52,003 bases of DNA, from assembly GCA_023819545.1 (NCBI GenBank), contig JAMWCA010000001.1:1-52003 (forward strand), in the 5' to 3' direction. Shown one piece after another: positions 25,802 through 34,400 of this stretch. The position numbers and the translations under genes are program-made. Source of the DNA: Candidatus Omnitrophota bacterium (GTDB taxonomy: Bacteria > Ratteibacteria > UBA8468 > B48-G9 > JAFGKM01). The first letter of the stretch is position 1; each line of letters opens with the position of its first letter. The notes below the pieces were generated by a model. It saw only the letters and a list, made by a program, of their open reading frames with translations, made no database searches and was not told where the DNA came from.

Positions 25802-25824
25802 TAAATGAAAATCATTTTCATTTA
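25802..25824. promoter_or_regulatory. Fur-box-like perfect palindrome (operator) overlapping the fur transcription start
   Basis: TAAATGAAAAT-C-ATTTTCATTTA is a perfect 11-1-11 inverted repeat. Its core TGAAAATcATTTTCA differs from the 7-1-7 Fur consensus TGATAATnATTATCA at one position per half-site. It lies 2-3 nt downstream of the -10 and ends 2-3 nt before the fur ATG. Confidence 0.75.
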
Positions 25825-25826
25825 AA

Positions 25827-25854
25827 ATTATAAATTTTATAAAAATTCTGTCAA
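25827..25854 (-). promoter_or_regulatory. sigma70-type promoter of the fur operon
   Basis: On the minus strand: TTGACA (25854..25849), 16-nt spacer, TATAAT (25832..25827). Confidence 0.7.
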
Positions 25855-25872
25855 GAGTTTGTAATGAAATTT

Positions 25873-25907
25873 ATAAAAAACCTCTCCTGCGGGGAAAACA
25901 GGAGAGG
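25873..25907 (-). terminator. intrinsic (rho-independent) terminator after the permease/TIGR03943-type operon
   Basis: 9-bp GC-rich stem CCTCTCCTG/CAGGAGAGG (25881-25889 / 25899-25907) with a 9-nt loop, followed on the minus strand by TTTTTT. It is the only clear hairpin-plus-U-tract I found in the window. Confidence 0.75.
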
Positions 25908-25972
25908 TTAGGGGGGTGAAAAAGGTGGTTTTATATTATAATACAAATTGAAAAATTTGCAAATTTTAAAAA

Positions 25973-26674
25973 TTAATATAAATATGGGTTTGATGGTAAT
26001 TCTGTTTTTATTATTTCTTCAGCAATTATTTTTACTTTATCATTTTCTATTTTTACTTTTCCTCTAACTTTTACCCAGTCATCATTTCTAATTTCTTCTT
26101 TTTCTCCATTTTCCTTATATTCAATCTCAATTCCTAAAGGTGTGGCATCAGCAGCACAACAGGTTATTAAAAATCTAACTAACATAAATTTCCTTTCGTT
26201 TTTATAAACCATTCCTTCAACTATAATATCTTTTCCATCTATTTGTTCTGGTTTTGACTTTGCAAGACCCAGAACTTGTTTAATTGTTAATTTTTTATAT
26301 TTTCCTTCTATTTCTATTTTCTCTTGTAAAGATTTTAATACATCCTGAGTTAAAAATTCTGTTTGTATCCCTCTTTTTAACGCAGTATAAGTTGGTAAAG
26401 TAGTCGGTTTTACAATAATTAATAAAATTAAAGGAAATAAAAATATACAAAATGTTAATATATCAAAAAAGGAAGTTTCTTTAAATCGTTTCAATTTCTT
26501 TATTTCTGCTAATAAAAGAGATAATAAAATTAAAATCCCAATTATAATGTATGGAAAGTAAAATTTTTTTACAAATATTTTAAAATTTCCAGTAAAAGAT
26601 ATTGACAAGAAAAACAAAAAATAAATCAAAAAAATCATAGATTTGTAAAAATGTTTACTTTTTAAAACCTTCAT
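25973..26674 (-). CDS. TIGR03943/DUF1980-type membrane protein (partner of COG0701-type permease)
   Basis: 233 aa. N-terminal TM helices plus a C-terminal soluble domain carrying the characteristic CCxxDA motif (LITCCAADATP). Confidence 0.7.
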   Translation of the reverse strand: MKVLKSKHFYKSMIFLIYFLFFLSISFTGNFKIFVKKFYFPYIIIGILILLSLLLAEIKKLKRFKETSFFDILTFCIFLFPLILLIIVKPTTLPTYTALKRGIQTEFLTQDVLKSLQEKIEIEGKYKKLTIKQVLGLAKSKPEQIDGKDIIVEGMVYKNERKFMLVRFLITCCAADATPLGIEIEYKENGEKEEIRNDDWVKVRGKVKIENDKVKIIAEEIIKTELPSNPYLY

Positions 26675-26678
26675 AATT

Positions 26679-27671
26679 TCACCTCATTATAAAACTTCCA
26701 ATAATCCCAATGGTAAAAAGAGTTAAAAATACACTTATAAGTAATTTTTTAACAAATTTTCCTTTAAATGCGGCAAAATAAACAAAAATTAAAGAAATAC
26801 TCATCATAGGTCCTGATATCATAAATATTATTTTAGACATATCCGGTAAATAAGTAAATGTATTTGCCACAAATGCATCTGCATAAGAACATAAAGATAA
26901 AATTATTGAAAGAATTTGCATTGATAAAATTGATAAAATTTTATTTTTACTTATTGTTAATAAAACTTCTCTTGGTATAAAAGTTGAAAATATTGAAGCA
27001 AGAGTTGCTCCAATAATCAGATATTTACCCATAATTATAAAATCATCTTCTGAATGAAATAGAATTCTGTCAATTTTTGAAAGATTTTCGTCATCCGGGT
27101 GTTCTTCCTCATATTCTTTTAAAATTTCATTTTTATCCTTTGGAGCAATTAGGATTCCAATAAATATACTGCATATAAAAGCAACAAGGAATCTACCAAA
27201 AACTATTTTTAATGATGAGAAGGCAAGATAAGTTGAAAATAAAGTAATTGGGTTAATTATTGCTGTTGCAAGTAAATAAGAAATACCACCAGCTGTTGGT
27301 ATTCCTTTTTTTATCAATCTCCTTGAAACAGGAATTTCTCCACACGAACAAACAGGAAATAGAAAACCAAAAAATGAAGCAACTATTGCAGAAGAAAATT
27401 TACCCTTGGGAAAAAATTTTTTGAATTTTTCTTCTGATATTAAAACATCAATTGAACCAGAAATTAAAGAACCAATTAAAATAAATGGAAAACCTTCTAT
27501 TAAAATTGCAAGTAAAATTATTGTAAAAACCTGTATTTTTGGATTTTTAATTATCTGATTTAACTTATAGAAAGAACCTGATTGCCATATATTTAATATA
27601 ACTAATGCAATTATAGCGCCTAAAAAAATCAGCACTTTCTTTAAATTTCTTTCTTTGTTTAGTTCTTTCAT
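26679..27671 (-). CDS. COG0701-type (UPF0718/ArsP_1-like) permease, putative metal transporter
   Basis: 330 aa polytopic membrane protein with the family-typical FPVCSCGEIPV motif and an acidic/His loop (EEEHPDDE). Confidence 0.7.
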   Translation of the reverse strand: MKELNKERNLKKVLIFLGAIIALVILNIWQSGSFYKLNQIIKNPKIQVFTIILLAILIEGFPFILIGSLISGSIDVLISEEKFKKFFPKGKFSSAIVASFFGFLFPVCSCGEIPVSRRLIKKGIPTAGGISYLLATAIINPITLFSTYLAFSSLKIVFGRFLVAFICSIFIGILIAPKDKNEILKEYEEEHPDDENLSKIDRILFHSEDDFIIMGKYLIIGATLASIFSTFIPREVLLTISKNKILSILSMQILSIILSLCSYADAFVANTFTYLPDMSKIIFMISGPMMSISLIFVYFAAFKGKFVKKLLISVFLTLFTIGIIGSFIMR

Positions 27672-27689
27672 ATAGATTGTATTTTAATT

Positions 27690-27833
27690 CTATTCTGTCT
27701 TTTTTCCAAATTCTGCTAATTTTTCTTCAAGTTTTTTAATTCTTTTTTTAAGTGTTTCTTTCTCGCCTCTTCTTCCAAGAATTGAAACTCTTAAGCCAAG
27801 TCCGATACATATAAGAGAAATGATCAGTCCCAT
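27690..27833 (-). CDS. candidate 47-aa membrane-anchored coiled-coil micro-protein (not in ORF track)
   Basis: Hand translation: MGLIISLICIGLGLRVSILGRRGEKETLKKRIKKLEEKLAEFGKKTE*. It ends 18 nt upstream of the permease start on the same strand. No obvious SD. Confidence 0.3.
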   Translation of the reverse strand: MGLIISLICIGLGLRVSILGRRGEKETLKKRIKKLEEKLAEFGKKTE

Positions 27834-27929
27834 TGGTTTAACTAAATTATTTATCAAGAGAAAGTCAAAAACCTTGTTCTTTAAAAAAATTGAAATTTAT
27901 GATAAACTTAAAACAAACAGGAGGAAAAA

Positions 27930-29003
27930 ATGGAATTAAAAAAAGATTTTAAATATGCTTTGCTTGTTCCAACAAGTATGGGTGTCAGAATTACACCTTT
28001 TAATATGCAACCAATTCATACAACTAATCTTTATATAATGCAAGCAACAAGTGCTGAATCAAATGTTGCAAGTGTATCTTCTTATCTTGGGCTTCCTGTA
28101 AAAATTTTAACTGCTTTTGTAAAAGGTAGTCCAATAGCAAGATTTATAAAAGAGAATTTAAAGAGTAGAGGGATGGATGTTGAAGCAAAAGAGGTTTCAC
28201 AAGGAGGACCTTGGGGCTATAGACATCAATTCAATATTGCTGATACAGGTTATGGTGTTAGAGCTCCAAGAGTTTGGAATGATAGAACTGGAGAAGTTGG
28301 AAGGACTTTAAAACCCGAAGATTTTGATCTTGAAAGAATATTTGGGAAAGAGGGTGTCTGTATAGTCCATATGTCAGGTTTATTTGCTGCTCTTTCTCCA
28401 GAAACTGGTAGTTTCTGTCTTGAAATAGCAAAGGTAGCAAAGAAATATGGAACCAAAATTTCTTTTGATTTAAATTATAGAGCATCTTTCTGGAAAAATA
28501 GAGAAAAAGAATTAAGAGAAATATTTACTGAAATTGCAAAAGTTACAGACATACTCGTTGGGAATGAAGAAGATTTTCAATTGTGTCTTGGAATTGAAGG
28601 GCCAGAACCTGGTGGAAAAAATATAAAGGCACAGATAGATAGTTTTAAAAGTATGATAGAAAGAACAAAAAAAGTTTTTCAAAATGTGACAGTATTTGCT
28701 ACAACATTGAGAGAAGTAATAAGTGCACAACAGCATCTATGGGGAGCAATTATGTCAGTTGAGGATAGATGGTATGTAATTGAACCAAGAGAAATTTTTG
28801 TTCTTGACAGGATTGGTGGAGGAGATGCTTTCGTTGGTGGACTTCTTTATGGCATTTTAAAAGGTTGGGAAGAAGAAAAATGGATACAATTTGGATGGTC
28901 TTGCGGTGCTTATGTAGTAACACTTCTAACTGATTATGCACAGATACTTGATGAAGAAGAAATTTGGAGTGTTTGGGAAGGAAATGTAAGGGTAAAAAGG
29001 TAA
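27930..29003 (+). CDS. PfkB-family sugar kinase, 2-dehydro-3-deoxygluconokinase-like
   Basis: 357 aa with strong SD (AGGAGG). C-terminal PfkB signature DRIGGGDAFVGGLLYG. Overall resembles KdgK-type kinases, but substrate is not determinable. Confidence 0.7.
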   Translation: MELKKDFKYALLVPTSMGVRITPFNMQPIHTTNLYIMQATSAESNVASVSSYLGLPVKILTAFVKGSPIARFIKENLKSRGMDVEAKEVSQGGPWGYRHQFNIADTGYGVRAPRVWNDRTGEVGRTLKPEDFDLERIFGKEGVCIVHMSGLFAALSPETGSFCLEIAKVAKKYGTKISFDLNYRASFWKNREKELREIFTEIAKVTDILVGNEEDFQLCLGIEGPEPGGKNIKAQIDSFKSMIERTKKVFQNVTVFATTLREVISAQQHLWGAIMSVEDRWYVIEPREIFVLDRIGGGDAFVGGLLYGILKGWEEEKWIQFGWSCGAYVVTLLTDYAQILDEEEIWSVWEGNVRVKR

Positions 29004-30620
29004 TTAAAAGTACATATTTTCTGCAAGAATATAGTTATAATCTTTTTCTATTTCATTTATTCTTACGTGTTCTACTTTTTTTGCTATATTTTCAGCAACT
29101 TTTCTTTTTTCATAACATAATAAAATCTCTCTTGCTCCTACTAAAGAACCATTTCCTATCTTAATAATTTTACTTTTTTCAACATCTGGAATTAATCCTA
29201 TTTTTATTGCACTTTCAATATTAATAAAATTCCCAAATCCACCTGCAATAAAAATTTTATCAATATTTTTTATATCAACTGGATAAATTTTAGAAAGGAC
29301 CTGCCAACTTGTTTTAATTGCTGCTTTTGAGGTTATAAGTTGAAATATATCTTGTTGAGTTATTTTTATATCTCCTGTTATGTAGAAAGGGTCATTTTTA
29401 AGTCGTGCTTTTTGGTCAATAATTTTATTCTTCAACATCTCATTTAACAAGTCAATTAGACCAGAACCACATATACCAATCGGATATTTATTTCCAATTG
29501 TAGTATAGAAAACTTTTCCATTTGTTATTTTTATTTCTTTTATCGCTCCTTCTATCCCTCCAACTCCACAACTTATATTTACTCCCTCAAAAGCACCTCC
29601 TGCAGCAGAAGATGCTGAAATAAGTTTATCTTTATTCCCTATAACTACTTCTCCATTAGTTCCTATATCTATTAACATACATATTTTTTCTTCCTTATAA
29701 ATTTCAGAGGCAAGTATATCAGCAACAATATCAGCACCAACATGACCACCAATTAAAGGAAGACCAAAAATTTCTCCATTTTTATTAATTTTCAGACCAA
29801 TCTCTTCGGGTTTTTTAATAATACTTTCGGGATTTTTTGGTTCATAAGGTATCTTCCCAAGAGTTGAAATATCAATAAGTAAAAAAATGTTTCTCATAGT
29901 AGGATTGCCAGCAACAACCACTTCATAAATTTTTTCTGAGATTTCATTATTAAATTTTTCTATCTCCTGATTTATTAAGTCAACAACCACTTTTTGTAAT
30001 TCAAAAAGTTTTTTTTGTTTTTCTTCTTCATTCAAAAATCTTTTTTCTTTTTTATTTACCATAGCATATTCAATCCTTGAAATGACATCATTGCCATAAA
30101 TAATCTGTGGATTAGTTTTTCCAATTGTTCCGATAATATCTCCGTTTTCAAGATTTACAATGTCAAATACAATTGTTGTAGTTCCTATATCTATTGCAAG
30201 TCCATAAATCCCTTCTCTATAAATATCTATCTCTTTTCCATGTTTGTATACACTTTCTCCAAACTTTTTATAAGAAGGGCATATTTCAACTTTTCTTTCT
30301 GTTCCATATTTTAAAATTTCATATTCTCCAAAATCTTTTATATAAACAATAACATCTGAAACATCTTTTATAGTTCTTGCCTGACAAGAAAGTCGATATT
30401 TTTCAGTGAGATTAAATTTTTTTTCAACAGAAGTAAGTTGATTTAAATTTTCTTCACCTTTTTCAATCCTTACAATACATTTTCCACATTTTCCAACACC
30501 ACCACATTCTGCATTTATTTTGACTTTTAATTTTTGAGCATAATCAAGTATAGTAAGCCCTGGGTGAATTTTAATACCATCTTTACCATTTTTAAACTGA
30601 GGAAAATATATTTTTCCCAT
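29004..30620 (-). CDS. RACo/AcsV-type protein: N-terminal plant-type [2Fe-2S] ferredoxin + ASKHA (DUF4445) ATPase
   Basis: 538 aa. Cys cluster CGGVGKCGKC...C near the N-terminus, and ASKHA phosphate motifs GLAIDIGTTTIV and MLIDIGTNGEVV. Confidence 0.8.
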   Translation of the reverse strand: MGKIYFPQFKNGKDGIKIHPGLTILDYAQKLKVKINAECGGVGKCGKCIVRIEKGEENLNQLTSVEKKFNLTEKYRLSCQARTIKDVSDVIVYIKDFGEYEILKYGTERKVEICPSYKKFGESVYKHGKEIDIYREGIYGLAIDIGTTTIVFDIVNLENGDIIGTIGKTNPQIIYGNDVISRIEYAMVNKKEKRFLNEEEKQKKLFELQKVVVDLINQEIEKFNNEISEKIYEVVVAGNPTMRNIFLLIDISTLGKIPYEPKNPESIIKKPEEIGLKINKNGEIFGLPLIGGHVGADIVADILASEIYKEEKICMLIDIGTNGEVVIGNKDKLISASSAAGGAFEGVNISCGVGGIEGAIKEIKITNGKVFYTTIGNKYPIGICGSGLIDLLNEMLKNKIIDQKARLKNDPFYITGDIKITQQDIFQLITSKAAIKTSWQVLSKIYPVDIKNIDKIFIAGGFGNFINIESAIKIGLIPDVEKSKIIKIGNGSLVGAREILLCYEKRKVAENIAKKVEHVRINEIEKDYNYILAENMYF

Positions 30621-31475
30621 TTATATGAGGTCCAACCTTGCAAAAATTTTTAATAAATAGCCACCAATTAATTTTACACTTATTTCATTTGGAAGTTGGT
30701 TTACTCTTTTGTTGAATGGCTCAGGAGTTACTGGTCCATCATATTTAATTTTTTTAAGCACTCTTAATAATCCAATTAAATCTATCACTCCTGTCTCTCC
30801 TGGTAAAAATCGTTCATTATCAATTAGTTGGTCTTTTGGTATATTTGGAGCATCATTTACATGAACATAGATTATATCTTCTCCTTTTAATTTTTCAATA
30901 TCTTGAATTTTACCTTCAGATGCATAAAGGTGCCAACTATCAAGTAAGATTCCAGTATTTTCGATTTTTAATTTTTTTAAAAATTCAAGCATCTGTTCAA
31001 GATTCCAGATAAATTCATATTTATGATTTACTCTTACACTTTTTGTTCCTATAAATTCAAATCCAATTCTACAACTATATTTTTCTATAAGTTTACATAA
31101 TTTTTCCGCTCTTTTTAAGTGAAACTCAAAATTTTCTTTATAAGGTAAGTTATCAGAAAAAGGGATAATCCATGTATAAATTCTATTTGCAGAAATTTTT
31201 TTTGCAATTTTTAGATATTGTTCAAGTTTTTCTAAATCCTGATTAAATTTATTTTCTTCTTCACTAATACTGAAAGGAAGACACCATCCGCCAATTTTTA
31301 AGTCAAAACTATCAATTAAATTTTTTATTTTTTCAACTCTATCATTTTTTGAAAATTCATAAATATCTAAAATTGAAATATCTATCCCTTCAAAATTTCC
31401 CAATTTAGCAAGCCGTAATTGTTCTAAAAATGTAGTTTTTATATTTATCGCTTCAAACGATATATTTCTAAACAA
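30621..31475 (-). CDS. sugar phosphate isomerase/epimerase (xylose isomerase-like TIM barrel)
   Basis: 284 aa. IGFEF, LLDSWH and YVHVNDAP are typical metal-ligand strands of the AP_endonuc_2/xylose-isomerase-like fold. Abuts the RACo-like gene with zero spacing. Confidence 0.7.
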   Translation of the reverse strand: MFRNISFEAINIKTTFLEQLRLAKLGNFEGIDISILDIYEFSKNDRVEKIKNLIDSFDLKIGGWCLPFSISEEENKFNQDLEKLEQYLKIAKKISANRIYTWIIPFSDNLPYKENFEFHLKRAEKLCKLIEKYSCRIGFEFIGTKSVRVNHKYEFIWNLEQMLEFLKKLKIENTGILLDSWHLYASEGKIQDIEKLKGEDIIYVHVNDAPNIPKDQLIDNERFLPGETGVIDLIGLLRVLKKIKYDGPVTPEPFNKRVNQLPNEISVKLIGGYLLKIFARLDLI

Positions 31476-31476
31476 T

Positions 31477-34400
31477 TTATTCCTCCTCTTTTATAATTAT
31501 TTCAGGATAAACCATTAAACCACATGGGACAACTTGATAATCATTTACCCACATATTCCCTTCTGAAATAAATTGATCTGGTCCTGTCCATACCGGCCAC
31601 TTTTCATAATAATGTAATGGTCCATGTGAATTTCTTCTATGTCCAAGAACTTCAATAATTAGTGTAATATTGTCTTTTCCTTTCAAGTATTCAGTTATAT
31701 CAATTTCATAAGGAGGCCAAGAAATTAAACCTATTTGATTTCCTTCACAAACAACTCTTATTCCTACTCCTCTAAACTCTGGAATTTTTAAGAATACCTT
31801 TTGATTTTCTTTGAACTCAATCTTTTCTAATGGCAGTATATACCCAATATTACCAGAGTAAAATGGTAATCCTTGCTCTGTCCAATCACCAATTTTTAAA
31901 TTTTGTGGAAGAGAAGTAATGATAAGTTTTTCTTTATTAACACCAAAATTTCCAAGTAAATAAATAATTTCAAGTCCTGGATGATTTTCATTATAAACTG
32001 TTTCAAGTAGTATTTCATTTTTTCCTATTTTTAATAAAGTTGAATCAAATTTTATTGTTTCAAGAGATTTATCAACCCACCATCCAGATTTCATATCAGA
32101 TATCAACTTAGTATTATTTATGTATATATCATATAATTCAGGTTTTTCAATCGCTATTGAGATTTCTCCTTCTGGTAATTTTTCAACTAAAAATTCATAT
32201 TTTAAACTTAATCTTAAATTTTTTGGATTTTCTTTCTTTTTCCTTGCCCATGGCTGAATCATTGCTCCACCTCTTGCTGGAATTCCTAAATATTTTCTTA
32301 TTTCTCTATCAATTTTTAATATTTCTTTTTTCTCCTGCCAATTTCCATTATCAATTTTGAAATATGGCATATCAAGAACAAGAACATTGCTTTCTGTCAA
32401 AATATATTTCCATTCATCTTTTTTAATTTGGTTAATTTTTATTTCTTTATACTTCTTTTTTGTCTTTATCTCAAAATTGAATTCGTTTTTCTTTGGAATA
32501 ATATATAAATGGCTGCTTAAGGGTGGGAAATCAGTTCTTATCATATATCCATTCTCATCTTTAATTATTTCTGGATAATAAATTTCTCCATTTTCAAGAT
32601 TAATCTCTATTGGTTTATATTTCCATTGGGGGAAGGATTTAATTATGACATTTTTGAATTCTATTTTTCTGTCTCTAACAAGACAGTATTTAGCAATATT
32701 CTTGCTATCCCATTCCATACTTGTGTTGCATAGAAAAAGATAAAAATTTTCATCGTCTTCTCTTAAAAGATATAAAATTTGTTTTATTTCATTTCCATTT
32801 TCATCTTTTATTGATATTCTTCTGATTTTTTCAAGTTGGTTTATCGCCTGTTGAAAAGATGAAACAACAATACATTCTTTAGCAAACTCTTTAATTTTAT
32901 CTGAAAGTTCACAATCTATATAAGAAGGTGTTTCTTCTACAAAAATAATATCTCCTCCTTTTTCTTTAAATTTTTTAAGTAATTTTAAAGTTGAACTTCT
33001 TATTGTAAGTAAAGGAGGGATTAAAATAGCTTTATATTCACCTTTATTTACTCTTAAAATTGGTTTTCCTTCTTTTTCTTCTATTTTTGCCCATCTTGAT
33101 AAAATTTCTTCATCTCCATAGTCAAAATCAATATGATTGGCAAGTAAAACATCACAAATTTCAGCAAAAATTTCATCAAGTTTTTTTACTTCCTCTGGAT
33201 GAATAAATTGATTTTTTTCTATTTCAGGCATTTTATAAATTGCCCACATACTCTCAATTGGATGAATTACAAGGAGGTCCCTTATTTCTTTACCGTTTGT
33301 CATGACTAAATTGATTCTCGCAAAATAATCTTCAACATATTTATAGAAATTCCACCATGGAGATTGATAAAAAATACTTGCAGGATAGTCCCTTTTTGCT
33401 TCACCAAGCATTGTATACCAGGAAAGATGTTGACATCTTAAATTTATTCCTAATGCTGCCTGCCAGTCACCGAGGGCTTTGTGTCCTTCAAAAGAAAAAT
33501 CCCAACCAGTGCATCCATAAGTTTCAGTGAGCCGCCATTTCCTATCAAATTGTCTTGCAACTGAACTTACCTGTTTTGCAGTATTGAATATTCTCCAGTG
33601 TTCTGTTAAAAGGTCCATGCCAGGTGCTTGCATATATTCATAAAATCTTAAGCAATTTCCAACAACATGTGTTTGTCTTGATAAGGTATCTTCTTCAAGG
33701 ATATGACCTGTAAAGAGTAATTTATTTTTTTCACACCATTTACCTATCTGTTTCGCAAAGCTTTCAACAAATAGAGATGTTATACAATCAAAATAGTGGT
33801 ATCTTACTTTTGAAATTTTCTGTCCTTCTAAATTGAAGTAAATTTCTGGTAAAAAAGAGATAATGTCATATCCATATTTTTTCTTAAATTCATTGGGGAG
33901 TTTATCTGTCCATGGAATTCCTATATGAATCTCTTTCTCTGTTGGACTTTTATAATGAAAATAAACATTTCCATAATTAGGTTCATCAGTAAAAATTCCA
34001 GGAATAACTTTTCCAAAATATTTACCTGAGTATTTTTTATAATTTTCATGAGTAATTTCAATAAATTTTTTTACACTTTCGTGATTTAAAGTGTCAAGAT
34101 AGGTATATCCATTATACCAATCACTCTCTTTTGATAACTCAACATTAAATATAAGAATTTTTTGATTTTCTGTAATTTTTTCAACTTTTTCTCCTTTTTT
34201 TACTTTCTTATAACTTTTTATAAAATTGTTTTCAAAATTTACAAAAAATATAGCAAGAGTATTTTTTAGGAATTTAACTTTTTTAATCTCATCTGTAATA
34301 GTCATTACAAGGTGTCTCATCCTATATTTTTTATTTTTTGTTACAAGCCCTCCCGCGGCACCAGAAGGCCATCTATCTTCATCATAAAGAAAAGCAAGCA

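Noticed and set aside
25908-25930. G-rich tract TTAGGGGGGTGAAAAAGGTGG beside the terminator hairpin, considered as part of a riboswitch, sRNA or G-quadruplex
   Set aside because: There is only one long G-run and no further G-tracts. It lies in the 3' UTR just before the terminator stem, and there is no complementary or conserved structure that I can fold by eye.
28250-28941. Cluster of four antisense ORFs inside the KdgK-like gene, with similar clusters in gnd and the XI-like gene. Spot counts give about 40% G+C (e.g. 28201-28260, 37081-37140). I considered recent horizontal transfer.
   Set aside because: The antisense ORFs are simply permitted by the locally higher G+C. Highly conserved enzymes rich in Gly/Ala/Arg/Pro are expected to be less AT-rich than membrane or hypothetical genes in the same genome. 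Without computed codon-usage statistics I cannot claim HGT.
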